Below, in pieces: positions 14,201-26,257 of a DNA stretch of 64,000 nucleotides; position 1 is the first letter of the stretch, and each line of letters starts with the position of its first letter. This DNA comes from a virus, in IMG/VR virus record IMGVR_UViG_3300045125_000158, positions 32,001 to 96,000 of that record; one strand, 5' to 3'. The translations under genes and the position numbers were made by a program. The notes below the pieces were generated by a model, which saw only the letters and a list, made by a program, of their open reading frames with translations, was not told the origin of the DNA and searched no databases.

Positions 14201-15728
14201 AAATTGCAACTACAAAAACCGCGACTATCAATAAAATAGCAGCCAAGAATGAACGGTTTTCCAATAACTCCGCTTGCTACTTTAGTTTCACATAATCGCT
14301 GTCCTTCAACTTCAAAACTTGATAACTCACTTTCGGCTTGTTTTTTTATATCAAGAAATCTCTGCTCATTAGTCAATTGATATGAAGATTCAGCAATATT
14401 TATAGCACTTATTAATTGATAATCTTTTATAAGATCGTACAAAATAACTTTGTATCTTGTACTATCTTTTGGTAAACGATATTTATATTTTTTATAATTC
14501 CAGGTTTTTACGTAATCATTTGGAGGCAAAATACCAACATCGCCAGTCTGAAATAAATAGAAACGCATGTCGGTTTCTATTCCCTGTCTTAATATTGGCT
14601 TGCCACCAACATATGATACATAAACTGTGTCGCCTGGTTTTAATGTAACTTTTTTGTTTCTTCAACTTGTTTATCAGAATTAAATTCTTTGTACTCACCT
14701 GTAACGTTTATTAGAATAACTTTATCAGTAATATCATCAATACTTCGATTTGTATATGAGTGACTGTCAACACTTTTAATGTTATAAGATGCACTAAATT
14801 TAGTGCCTGAATTATTCAAAACTCTTTCTTGATTGTCCGATCTGAAAAAATTCTTGCGAGGATCTCTGTCAACTGAATAAAATAAGTTTTCTGGTGAATC
14901 AAAAGAATAGTTTTTATAATTAGCACGAATGCCTCCTTCGTAGGTGCGTGGCCAAGCCTTCAGTCTACCTTCTGGATTTCCTAAACTTCCCAACTCATCA
15001 TTTACATTCGTTAAGCCTAATACAATTCTAATCTCGGTATCCGTAAGCTCTGCAGGCAGCTTTTGTAAATCCGAGTGCTTTATATATTTCATCTGGAGTT
15101 TTTTGCAACTTCAGCTCTTTGTGCGTCTGTTATTGCCGATGTTGGTGATTCGAATACAATAGGTTTATAAGTTACGCCCAAAACACCAAGCACATAATCA
15201 GGCAACGTAATCTTTGCATATTGTTGCTTATTGATTGTTACAAAATCAGATGCTTGCAAAACGAAAGATCTATTAATTTTACTTTCGCTTTCGCAAATAT
15301 GATATGTCCAATTTGATTTTATCGGCTCTATATCCCCAATCTTCTGTATGCCCAAAGCATTTACAATCGCAGATCCCGCACCTAGTCCTAAAGTTGATAA
15401 ACCAGATATGCTGCCTTGATCTTGCAGTCTAGTACCTGTTTGTTTACTTGATACACTATACCAAAATTCAACAAAAATTCTATCAGAAGGCAAAAGTCGC
15501 ACATACATGCTTGGAGCTAACGACTCCTCTGCTTGTTTGCAACCAAGATGGTTGGACGTACCTGGCAGGTGAGCCAAATTGATCGATATAACCATTTGCA
15601 ATAAGATCTCGATTGTTATAGGCAGTAACGCTATTAGGCGATAGACTAGCCAAACAACTCAGAGAATTTGCCAATATTCTGTTGGTCGTATTAAAATTGC
15701 TATCAGAATTTGGGGGCGGTAAAGCCAT
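11249..15728 (-). CDS. Very large (~1490 aa if one gene) distal tail/virion protein, frameshifted; function unknown
   Basis: About ten consecutive minus-strand fragments from MALPPPNSDS (15728) to ...QYRNRINNG* (11249) with no intergenic gaps. Immediately follows the tape measure gene. Could be 2-3 genes. Confidence 0.4.
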
Positions 15729-15747
15729 CTGTTCTTACCAATATATT

Positions 15748-18446
15748 TTATTGACGCAATCTTCTTATCGTCTCATTGATGATGTCCTGGCTTATTCTAC
15801 TAAATATATCAACTAATGTTCTCTTTAAACTATCTACATCAACCTGACTTATACCTGCACCAGGAGTTGTAGTTGCTTGTCCGCCAAATTTTGCAACGCC
15901 TGTTGAAGGAAGACCTTCAAACGCTCCAGTGCCCAAAGGTCCTTTACCGAACGAAACAGCAGCAGCACTCATTCCAGCACTAGCACCCTGTGAATAATTC
16001 ATCATATTGGCAACATTTCTCTGCAAAGTATTAGCAGAACTAACACCCATTTTATTTAGAATACCTTGCTCATATGCCCCAGCAGCACCTTCTGTAAAAC
16101 CACCAACACCAAAACGGGCAGATGAAGTTCTGCCCACGCCTATGCCGCCTGTAGTCAACGCTTTCATTCCATCGGTTCTGCCTGCGGCTAAATTGCCTAA
16201 TCCTTGCTCTTGTGTTACCACAATTCTTTGAAATACGCCCGCTCCACTAGCCATAGCATCAATAGCTTTGATATAGCCTTCGCACAAACTTTTGAAATAT
16301 CTGCTTGCTTTTGTGTAGCCTGCACTTGCTTTTGTCTAGAATCGAGAATTTCCATATCAAAATCTCGTATTTGTCCAGCGATTTGCAATCTTCTTTCTTC
16401 AGTTGCAGTTTGTGCTTCCGCTAGTAATTTATTCTTCTCAGCGCCTATTAACATTTCACGATTTTTTTGCAATTGTATCTCATCTGCTAGCATTTGCACA
16501 ACTTGTTGCCTTGCCTCAGCTTGTGCTCGCAATCCCAAACCAGCACTGTCTAATAAAGAAATTTGCGACTCTTGTAAAGAAATTTGCTTGTCTAGCAAAC
16601 TAATTGTTGAATCTAATACGGTAGTGTTTCGCTTTCGTGCTTCGCCTTCTTCTTTTATCGCATCATTAAGGGCTTTTTGATCTTTGGCTAAATCTGCTTC
16701 AGCTTTTTTCGATCACGTTCATCATCTGCCGCAGCAATTCTTTCTAAATCTTTAATAATCATTTGTTGTAACAATTCTTGTTTAGCAAGACTCCTCGAAA
16801 TTTGTTCTTCATTAATTATTTTTGCTTGTGTTACATTCCCGCTTTTATTTATATTTTCAAATATTGCAGAAGCTAAGGCGTCTTGCTCTCGCATAACATT
16901 CATTGTGCGTTCAGTTTGCTGTCTGAAATCTTGGTAGACCTGCACTTGTTTCATAAGAGCATCTGTCTTTTCCTGTCCCATTAATTCTGGCTCAGCACTC
17001 GCTGCAGTATCTTCTGCAGCAGTTGCGGGCGACGACCCTTCGCCTTTTTTAGCCATAGCTTTATTAATGTCACGAGCAGCTAATCCCACATCAATTGCAA
17101 CCGAAGTGGCGGTCCCAAGTCCAGGAAGCGTGCTTGCCGCACCGCTTGCTAATTCCAGACCTGCGCCTACGGTATCTCCCTGCAGATATCTATGCAATGC
17201 AAAGCCAGCACCTGCTATAAGACCTATAATTGGTATTTTTTGCAAAACTCTTACCTAGACCCTTAGCTCCAATCTTGGCAACTTCCTCTGCTGCAAGTTT
17301 TTCACCCCCTTTATCGCGGCCTCGGCAATTCCTTTTTCTCCTGCTTTTGCCGCAGCTTCAGCAGCTTCTTTTGCCGCAGCTTCACCAACGCCTGTTTTGA
17401 ATACTTTACGTAAAGCAAATAAATCTCCAAATTTAGCAATAGCGCCACTTTTGTATCCCAGAATACTACCAATAATGCCGCCTCCAACTCCTAGAGCAGC
17501 AGCACCTGCGTTAGAAATTCCTTGCGTCTGTGTTGCTCCTGAAACGATAGAAGAAATTGTTCCAGAAAATTTTTCCAAATTAGTATTAGTAAGGCCAAGC
17601 ATTTCTTGAAACTTGAATAACTCCTCACCACCAGATTTCAGACCATCTTCAAAGGCTTTCTGCACAGTCTTTTCTTGCATTCTGAATCTGTCCATCTGAT
17701 TTATTTGTTGCTGTTCAGGCCCACCAGCTGCTGTTCTCCGCATTTCTTGAAATCCCTGCAGAAGCGGACTGGCTTGCCTGATAGTCATTTCTCCGGCTTT
17801 AATTCTTGCAAACACTGATCTTTCGAGCTTTTCAAAATCTCCAGCCATAAAAGCATCTTCAAGTTCTTTTGCTATCTTCTGTTAGTTTCTCGATGCCTTC
17901 TCTGAAAGAATTTACAGCTTCTAAATTGTTATTAAAACCCCGCATCATCGTATCTAAAGTTTTGATAAATTCCTGAGGAGCATGATAATCAAAACCTCTT
18001 GCTATACTTTGTGTTAATTTTAAAGATTCATCATAGGTTAATTTATATTTAGATCGCATCGTTTCGATTTGTCGGGTGAAATCATTTAATTTCATACCGT
18101 ATCTGCTATAAGCAGCTGAAACTTGTATTATTTGCGTATTAGTGTCTATTAGTAATTTCTTGGCATTTGCAGTGCTTATATTTGTTGCATTATACATCTG
18201 CCCAAATTTATTTACACCCTCTATAGCTGAATCTATCGCTTTTTTAACTTCACCAATAGCATCACCAAGGGCCTCATACTGTCTGCCCATTTGGCCTATT
18301 TTGCTATTCGCACGCTCAACAGACCTTCCCCATCTATCAATATCTAATTCAGCTTTTTCTATCCCTTCGGATTTAAACTTTACCTTTAGGGCATAATACA
18401 ACTCTCGCAATTCTTCTCTATTCATATTTTGCGGAATATCAGGCAT
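15748..18446 (-). CDS. Tail tape measure protein (~900 aa), frameshifted
   Basis: Ala/Gly/Gln-rich coiled-coil sequence with hydrophobic Gly-rich segments (KIPIIGLIAGAGFALHRYLQGDTVGAGLELASGAASTLPGLG). Follows the tail tube and chaperone genes. Fragments 17859..18446, 17255..17848, 16688..17245, 16215..16598, 15748..16287. Confidence 0.75.
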
Positions 18447-18508
18447 ATAAAGTTCTACCTTTTGATAATATAGCTAATTGTCAAACAAACGCTTATATTT
18501 ACATATAT

Positions 18509-18536
18509 AAAAAAAAGCCGAAATCTTTGTTTCGGC
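18509..18536 (-). terminator. Rho-independent terminator
   Basis: Minus strand reads GCCGAAA-CAAAGA-TTTCGGC followed by an 8-T tract, just after the 18564..19098 gene. Confidence 0.8.
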
Positions 18537-18563
18537 CTATTAAAAAATAAATTTGTATAAATA

Positions 18564-19098
18564 TTATTTATTTATTTGCATATTCAATAGCTTAGCAATT
18601 TCCTCTCGCTTCATTTCTGTTTTTCTGTTAAGTTGATCCTGTTCTTTTTTCTTTCTGCACTTGCTCTGTTTGTATTCTATTATATTCTTTTTGTATCTCT
18701 TTAGTATAGGCGATATACAAATCTGGCCAATACTTTTGACCTGGATGATTTGATTCCCACTCTAAAATTACTTTCTCAGCATATTTATCACCCTTTACAA
18801 ATGCTTGCGCATTGTTTTTTACATGTGCCTGTTCCAAAACAAGTTGTTCAAAATATGTATGTGGCTTTTCATCGACGAAATTTATTTTACATACATACCA
18901 AACATAAGGCAAAATATAAGCAAAAAGCACATATGCTAAAATGAAATAAAACACCAGTTCTATTGTTTTGATAAAAATATAAACTAATGGCTCATCTTTG
19001 AATGATGGCTCAATCGATGGCTGTTTTACTGTACGATCAATGCAGAAAGTGCTGTACAAAAAATTTCTAAACAACTCATCTCTGTGATTCATGCTCAT
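18564..19098 (-). CDS. Hypothetical membrane protein (moron-like)
   Basis: ATG at 19098 preceded by AAGGAG. Hydrophobic stretch LVFYFILAYVLFAYILPYVWYV. One frameshift near 18645 extends the C-terminus to ...LLNMQINK* at 18564. Confidence 0.6.
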
Positions 19099-19122
19099 AT
19101 GATGCTCCTTGCACAAAGAATA

Positions 19123-19150
19123 TTTTAGCATTATAATTGCAAAAAGCAAT
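19123..19150 (-). promoter_or_regulatory. Putative sigma70-type promoter
   Basis: Minus strand TTGCTT-N16-TAAAAT with an extended -10 TG, upstream of the membrane-protein gene. Confidence 0.45.
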
Positions 19151-19166
19151 ACTTTTTGTAAAAAAT

Positions 19167-19561
19167 TCAAAAAACTTCATCCATTTGTACCATAAAATCT
19201 TCCATTATCAAATCAAGATATGCTTTATCAAGTAATACTATATTTTTTATAGATGCTTCAATAGGAAGATTTTTACTATCAACAAAATTCCATTCTTTTG
19301 TTAATTTTCCTATCAACAAAAGCAATAAAATATTTGCATCAATACTTTCTTTATTGAAATTTTCAGACAGACGATGAGCAATTTCAGCATAATCTTTTTG
19401 CAAAGGAAATCTTATAACAATAAAAAATTTTTCTACAAAATTTTCTTCTATATTTTCTGGTTTTTGCCAACATTATCAGTCCATAGATATATTTTAGCTG
19501 CTTCTGTAAATCTATATATATTTATAATAATATCTTTTTGATTATTCAGAACTAATTTCAT
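19167..19561 (-). CDS. Tail assembly chaperone paralog, frameshifted
   Basis: Starts MKLVLNNQKDIIINIY. Its LTKEWNFVDSKNLPIEASIKNI resembles CLKEWDIVDENERQVPINTESI of the upstream chaperone. Confidence 0.5.
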
Positions 19562-19562
19562 T

Positions 19563-19793
19563 TTACATACCAATACTCTTTATACCTACAGATGCCAGTT
19601 GTTGTGAAATCTGAAATTTTTTCTTTAGTAGACATATCATAAAGTGCTGGTTAAATTCTGTGTATTTCATATTACGCATATATTCTACAGACCAGCCGTA
19701 TTCAGAAGCTAACACATGTTCTTTGATAGTAGATGATAAAGTTGTTTCGTCAATTGATTTACCAGAATATAAATCTACTACGTCTTGAATCAT
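19563..19793 (-). CDS. Tail chaperone C-terminal extension (gpT-like ORF)
   Basis: EHVLASEYGWSVEYMRNMKYTEF motif. Overlaps the end of the chaperone at an A-run. Confidence 0.55.
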   Translation of the reverse strand: MIQDVVDLYSGKSIDETTLSSTIKEHVLASEYGWSVEYMRNMKYTEFNQHFMICLLKKKFQISQQLASVGIKSIGM

Positions 19794-20228
19794 TTTTTTG
19801 ATCTTCATCCTCCATAGTCAATGATTTCTCATACCTATCAAGCAAAGCATTTGCAATAACTGATGGCAAATTACCTATACTTTCAGTATTGATAGGCACT
19901 TGCCTTTCGTTCTCATCTACAATATCCCATTCCTTCAAACACGTCTTAAACATGTTATCTTGATACTTGTTGAAGTCTAGACGATTTGTACCCTCTGATG
20001 GACTATAAAACGTTGATGAACGCAGAATATGGCTATTTGATTGCCATGTTGGTATAACCCACTTAGTGGTCAAGCTGTCAATATCCTTATCACCCTTAGC
20101 AATTGCTGCCTTCACTCGTCTTCCTCAACAATTTTATACTGACGTACGCCAAATTTGTTGACTTTTGACTTGAAATATAGTATAATCGTTATAAGATCTT
20201 CTTCTTTAACTAATAGTGATTTTGCCAT
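19759..20228 (-). CDS. Tail assembly chaperone (gpG-like)
   Basis: Starts MAKSLLVKEEDLITII with a GGAG SD. Lies between tail tube and tape measure. Contains KEWDIVD and ESIGNLPSVIANALLDRY. The true stop is probably near 19790. Confidence 0.6.
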
Positions 20229-20243
20229 TTATTTCTCCAAATA

Positions 20244-20276
20244 TAAAATCTAGCAACAATACATTTGCTGCTAGAT
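20244..20276 (-). terminator. Hairpin/terminator after the tail tube gene
   Basis: Minus strand ATCTAGCAGCAA-ATGTA-TTGTTGCTAGAT then TTT. 12-bp stem with one G-U pair. Confidence 0.6.
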
Positions 20277-20307
20277 CTATATCGTCCTAGTTGTAAAAGA
20301 TTCTTTA

Positions 20308-21425
20308 TTAAACGCGAATTGGCGTAAAGTACGCATCGGCTGTAGAACCGCCAAGACCACCAATTCCAGCATCATTGAGAACATCAATATTGCATGCACC
20401 TTTCTCAATCGCTTCATAGGCATTTTGGCAATCACCAAAGGCTATGAATGGCACGTTTGTTTCAACAATTTCATTCGTAACACTTACTTCTTCAATCTTG
20501 AATATACAGCCATGCAAAGCTGTTCCAAAGTAAGTATTATTGCCGCTACCGAATGTGTAGCCAAACTGTATACTGCAGCTACTGCTGTTGCGATCTTGAT
20601 TTTTATATATAAATTCATGGAAAGTTTTGACGGTGAAACCCATCAATTTTATACTACCCTCAACCGTTCTCTTTCTTGCCGTGACATCTTGCGGAGCTAA
20701 TTTGCCATTTAAAGTATAGAAACGATCAACGTTGTTGTTTAAAGTTACATCAAAACTTCTTATATATTGTCCGTTGAAAGTAATTCCACCTTGATCTCTG
20801 CAGAACACGCCAATTCTAAAGTCATTAAAAGTTACAACACGAGCTGGAGAAAGCATATTTAGACGATCAGCTTGATCACCATATGATGCGCCAGAAGTAA
20901 TTGCTTCACGCATGATTGTTTCTGATTGCTGTGGTCTACCTGCGCTCAACAATTCCAAAACGCATTTTTACCGATTCACCATTTGTTACCGAAAGATTGA
21001 GTGTATTTACCACGCAGCGAGGATACTTAAAAGCCATGTTGTCAGTATAACGTATATTTGTATCAAAATCAAACTTTAGACGGCCTTGGTCATCACGGGC
21101 AGATGCAATTTCCCAAAGAGTTTGAGCCAAACTTCTGCAACTATCGCTAGCGGTTCCGCAGTCTTTTGTTGTGTTGTATACTGATTCATGCACAAGAGGG
21201 AAGTCGCCAATCGCCATCTACCGTGCGAGGCATAATAGAATACAAGGTTCTATCCATACGTCCGTCAATAACTTCCTCTGGCCTAATTTCTTGTTTTGCT
21301 GAAATATTGCAGCTCGTTACGCGCAACAAAAATTCTCTCGTAGAAGTAGCAGGAGTAGGATTTATATTATCCAGTACTACACTACCAACAAATCCCATCT
21401 GTGCAGGAATACTAGGTCTTGACAT
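20308..21425 (-). CDS. Major tail tube protein (~370 aa, two tandem tube-like domains), frameshifted
   Basis: GGAG SD. Two similar halves, RVTSCNISAKQE...PRTVDG and YIRSFDVTLNNN...KRTVEGSI. Immediately upstream of the chaperones and tape measure. Confidence 0.6.
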
Positions 21426-21460
21426 TTTATTTGACTCCTAACTTACAAATTTATATTATA

Positions 21461-21919
21461 TTACGAACAGACGGTTGGAATTATGGTACCATCAGAGAAT
21501 CTACTGTACGTGCCATCCGCAGCAGTCGTTGGCGCGGGCGGATTGCTTATGTTTGTCTTGCATATTAATACGCCAGTCAGCTTGCAAAGCTCTGCCCAAC
21601 CCATTGGCACTTGTACATTTTCCGTATCAAGATAATCATTGATAGAAGTGATGGTGCTATCAGAACGATTCAAAACATGGCTATTTATTGCAACAACGGC
21701 ACCCAAATAACTACTTGAAGCACGGAATATATTATCATTGATTGTATAACTGTTCCAGAATTCACTAATCAAATCGAGCGTTGGATAAATGTCCGTTGAT
21801 AAAACAACCTTATAGACTGCATCGTATAAATAACCTACAGAATCTATATTAGCTGCACGAGAGTTTGAATAATATACTGCAATAGCTGCGTAATCTGCTC
21901 CGCTTATTACATTTGCCAT
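21461..21919 (-). CDS. Hypothetical protein (152 aa), probably structural
   Basis: Intact ORF with a GAGGAG SD, between the GT4 and tail tube genes. Confidence 0.65.
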   Translation of the reverse strand: MANVISGADYAAIAVYYSNSRAANIDSVGYLYDAVYKVVLSTDIYPTLDLISEFWNSYTINDNIFRASSSYLGAVVAINSHVLNRSDSTITSINDYLDTENVQVPMGWAELCKLTGVLICKTNISNPPAPTTAADGTYSRFSDGTIIPTVCS

Positions 21920-22028
21920 GTTTGTTGACTCCTCTTTCTATGCCTTGTACAATATGCAATCACTTTAAAGTATTCATGCAAATTTAAATACTCTCCTTTT
22001 TTTCAACAAACACTTTACAAATCTTTAA

Positions 22029-23190
22029 TTAATATATACAATCCAAGGCAATTTCTTGCGATTTACCTCTTACATCATTTACAACATCTACAATGTGAAT
22101 TGCAAATTTTTGATTCGTATATTTATTCGCTATGGCAATGGCCGCGTGACTTGCTTGCGATAAAGCTTCTCGATTATCTAATAAATTTTTCAATACTCGA
22201 TGCAAATTATCTGGAGAAACTATTGCAAATTCCTCCTCATTTTGTCCTACAAATATATTATACGGCACAAAAAATTGTAATCCTTCTGGCATTTCAGAAA
22301 TTATTTCACCAACTCGTCCATACTTAGGACCCACAGGAACACAACCGCATTTCATTGCCTCTAACATACTCAATGCAGTAGCTGATTTTATTGAACAGTC
22401 AGCAAATATACTATATGAATTATAAATATCCCTTAATTGGTCAATCTGAATACCATCGTTTATTGAACAATAATCAGTTGTAAAAGTAAAGTTTCTCGCA
22501 TCATATCTAGAAATTAGATTCTCAATGTTATAATCACCAGGATCGTACAAATTTGTGTGCAGATATTTATTACAATCCAAGGATGCAGTGGCCATGACAA
22601 AAGCTGCTATATTGCTGCTTTGTGAATTTCGCTGCGGAAAATAAAACTCCAGACCGATCCTTATCCTCACAATAAAATTCATCAGATGACCCGTACGGAA
22701 AAAACTCACCATTTATATTTGCGAAGCTACTTATTTGCTCAAACCCAAATTTTGTAGTAGTTACAACATGATCAGCATATTCGAAGGCATCCTTATTTAT
22801 TTTTGAAATACCTACACAGTCTGTTGTATAAATAGCAATCCATTTGAAAAGATTAGGATACATGGATTTTATTGCTGAAACAAAATTAGTATCTTTATGA
22901 TCCCCAATAGTAATAACTATTTCTGGATGTACCGTTTTCATTAGTTCATAAACAACAGGCGATGCCTCATCTGTTTTAGGAGTAAATGGATAGAGTCTAC
23001 AAATAGATTTACCATTTTCTTCATATTCATGTATTCCTTCTGTACAAGGCATAAAATAAGATTCATCATGATGCCACACAGCTGAACTTACTTGATGTCC
23101 AGAATTAACCAAAGATTTTATTATATCAGCATTTATCTTACCATTTCGCACCAAAAGATATGGCGATGCACTTATAGTCAAAATATTCAT
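22029..23190 (-). CDS. GT4-like glycosyltransferase, frameshifted
   Basis: GT-B N-domain (PEIVITIGD, DHVVTTTKFG) and C-domain (YLHTN, QLRDIYNSYSIFADCS..SATALSMLEAMKCGCVPV). GGAG SD. Confidence 0.75.
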
Positions 23191-23227
23191 TTTTGCTCCA
23201 GCTTAGTATAATATCTATAAATTATCG

Positions 23228-24135
23228 TCAAGACAATTGTGGATCTGACCAGCCGTGCCGTGTCTGTATTTCTTGCTCTTCGGCAGACCAACTTATAGTA
23301 GCTGCATGCAATAAAGATTCCTGAACCTTAAATCCATAATCTATGTTTGCTGGCCATGAATTATATATAAATTTCTCGAAACGTATAATTTTGAGTGCTA
23401 TCTGCAATAAAATAATTATGATAAACGTTTGGCCAAATCTGTATTGTCGTGGCATCTACAGCACATTTCACACGCAATTCTTCTGCTTGATAAATATTTT
23501 CAATTAATATTTTATCTTCTGGCTGGAAAATAGAACTATCAGCTACCTTAATGAAATCATCTCCACCTTGTACATTTGCAATCAGATTTGTTGTTGCATA
23601 TGGCCCAATCAAAGGAAAAATGTTTTTCTTTAATCCAAGCTGTATGATATCAGTTAATTGCAGGACCGTGCGATAAGAACTCTCGTCGTTATCAGTTTCT
23701 GCATATATTGCAATTGTTAATTCATACCGCTCTTTTGTTGTACCAAGAGTGAACCATTCTGATGCTCGTGATTTACCTAAAATTGTTATTGCAGGATAGC
23801 GAGGAATCACTGCAGGTTCACCAATATAGATGGCTTGCACAAATTGACCATTATATGTTTTAGTCAACATAGCGTTATTTGCTACGCTCCAGCCAGTAAT
23901 TACTTTTATAGGTGATTCAAGCTCTATTGTATTGTCATCAATTATTTCCGCAATTCTCAAGCCAGGTTCGCCATCTATGCCATTATGTATTGCTACTTCA
24001 TCGCCTTTTTCTAAATCTTCGCGAATTAGTAACTTTAAGGGTGGTTCCGCCATAATTAACATTCGCAGTCAAACTAACATTAGTATTGACCCAACGATAA
24101 ACAACTCTTCTGACGCTTTCGAGTATTTCTATCAT
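23228..24135 (-). CDS. Tail terminator/completion-like protein with inserted small beta domains, frameshifted
   Basis: Rejoined start MIEILESVRRVVYRWVNT with an ATGA overlap. Core AIYIGEPAVIPRYPAITI...RYELTIAIY...LTDIIQ resembles tail-completion proteins. Position between connector and tube. Confidence 0.5.
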
Positions 24136-24430
24136 TTGAATGCCTTATTTATCTTATCATCAATATACTTATCAGCAATATTACTAATTTTTTCTTTATT
24201 TCTTCATCAGTTTTATCAGAAAGTTTTGGGGCCTGCACTTTGCCGCTTTTCATGTAATCTTCATAATCTTTAATAGCCATAGCTTCTGGTATATCTTTTC
24301 CTATTCTTGCGTCAAGTTTTAAACCAGCATCTTTAAGTTCATTTGATCTTTGCATGCCTTCTAATCCGGCAATAAGCGTTTCTAAACTCTGCTTAAAATC
24401 AGCGAATGTATTACATATTTTTTGACTCAT
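24132..24430 (-). CDS. Hypothetical protein (~100 aa), possibly neck/tail component
   Basis: MSQKICNTF...KYIDDKINKAFK*, coupled by ATGA overlaps on both sides. Confidence 0.5.
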
Positions 24431-25156
24431 TGATCGCCACCCTTCATTTCTCTATCACCCGAACCTTCAAGACCAGGCAACCCATATCTATCACGCAACG
24501 TTGGGTTGAAGAAACGATGCCCGATTCGCTTTTGTCCATGCAGAATAATCATGCCACTCAAAATACTATTTATATCCGACAGAGCCCATTTTCTAAGAGT
24601 AGCTCCATACGTCGATTTGTCAGGATTCACTTGCGCTTGCAAAATATTTATCATACAAAGTTGCTGCTGCAAATCTTGCGCAACACAAAGTAATAGTGGG
24701 TGGATATTTTACGCGAATTACTCTTGAGGTTTCAGCATAATATATTCCCAACAGTGTGCTATTTAGAGTTACCAATCCGTCCAGAAATGCGCTTTAACAG
24801 TATGTCTTTCTTCTGTCAATGAATCGATAAAAATAAGCGTATCACCCGGATTGAGTGAATTAGCTTTATCAAGAAATACAAAACCGTTGTAAGCATCAAT
24901 ATCTTGCAATAGAGTAAGTTCAAGATCCGATTTTTCCATCAACGGAGTTACATACATTTCGCTTAATGATGCATCAATCTGATCTGAAGCCCAACTCAGA
25001 TACTGATATACAGTTTCTTCGGGTATATTATTTTGACTTTTTGCTTTTTCCAAATTGCCACAAAGGCACTGGTTGACCATTCACAACCGATGCCGTGGCT
25101 GATGTTAACGCTTGTCCAATTATATCGTAAACATGTTGAAGTGTTGCATATGCCAT
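24427..25156 (-). CDS. Head-tail connector-like protein (Mu gp36/DUF1320-like), frameshifted
   Basis: MAYATLQHV start, YLSWASDQIDASLSEMYVTPL, and ...ALSDINSILSG, matching the pattern of gp36-like connectors. Confidence 0.55.
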
Positions 25157-25167
25157 TTATTTTCCCA

Positions 25168-26244
25168 TTAGTTCAAGATTCTATCTAATGGATCTTGAGT
25201 TTGGGAAGCATTCTGCATCTCTTTCTTCTGCGTAATTATTGCTTGCGTCAACAAACCTTCAACGACAGCATTCCTTGGACTCTTTGCGTGCCGTATTTCT
25301 TTTATCTGAAACGGCAACTGCAGACCCCTTACTATTTTCTCTAACTTTTTACAAAATCCTTTAGGCATACTGGTGCCACCAGCAACTACAATATCAAGAG
25401 GCTGCGTAAACTGACTCTTTACCTCTTGAAATTTCTTGCCAAACAACTTGAAAACATGTTCAATCATCGCGTCATAATATGCGTCTAAGGCAAAAAGTAT
25501 ATCATCATTCTCATCAAGATTAGTAAAATCTAATTTCTTTTCCTTAGCTGCTAATAATTTGACTTATCGCTGTGCCAGTTTGTTCTGCAACTTGCGTATC
25601 GATCCAATCGCCACTTCTTGCCACACTCATTCCAATCACCGGCAAGCCTTTATAAGCAAGCAAGCAATTTGCTCGACCAGCACCAAAAGAAACACCAATA
25701 CCCGAATATGGAACTACAGTACCATCTTCCTCAATAATTGTAGGTCTTTCACTAAGAATAACAGCATGTGCCTCTTCAATAATTTTTACTTTCCATCCTA
25801 ATCTCGTGAATAATGCAGTTAATCTGTTGCGATGGAATGTAGAATCTGCAGAATTATCAACAGACTCGCTGCTTACGCACGTACATACCCAGGAATTCTC
25901 ATCAGGAGCTTGTCCTATAGATGCACGTATCAACTCAGCAAGCACAACAAGTTTCTTATCTTCATTTTTGTTGAGAACGCCATCAGCCATAGGTCGGCGT
26001 ACTTCAACTTTACCTGGAAATATATTGGCAACCTTTATGCAATCGTCGCCAATAACATAATAGTTTTTACCATCCTTGATGTATTGCCAATTATTTGTAT
26101 TGAGACATCTTCAATATCATCGTTGGGTGGCAACTCAACAAAGGCGTTTCTAGTATTCTTTACTTTGATTTTATCATCTGCCATCTCTGCAACTTGAAAA
26201 AACATCGTCCCCACATCGACGGATACGGCTCTACTTTTGCCCAT
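25168..26244 (-). CDS. Actin-fold ATPase (MreB/ParM/Alp-like), frameshifted
   Basis: Phosphate-1 VSVDVGTMF, connect-1 IIEEAHAVILS, phosphate-2 GIGVSFGAGRAN, SGDWID, adenosine motif VVAGGTSMPKGF, connect-2 PRNAVVEGLL. Confidence 0.8.
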
Positions 26245-26257
26245 AATTAATTTCCTC

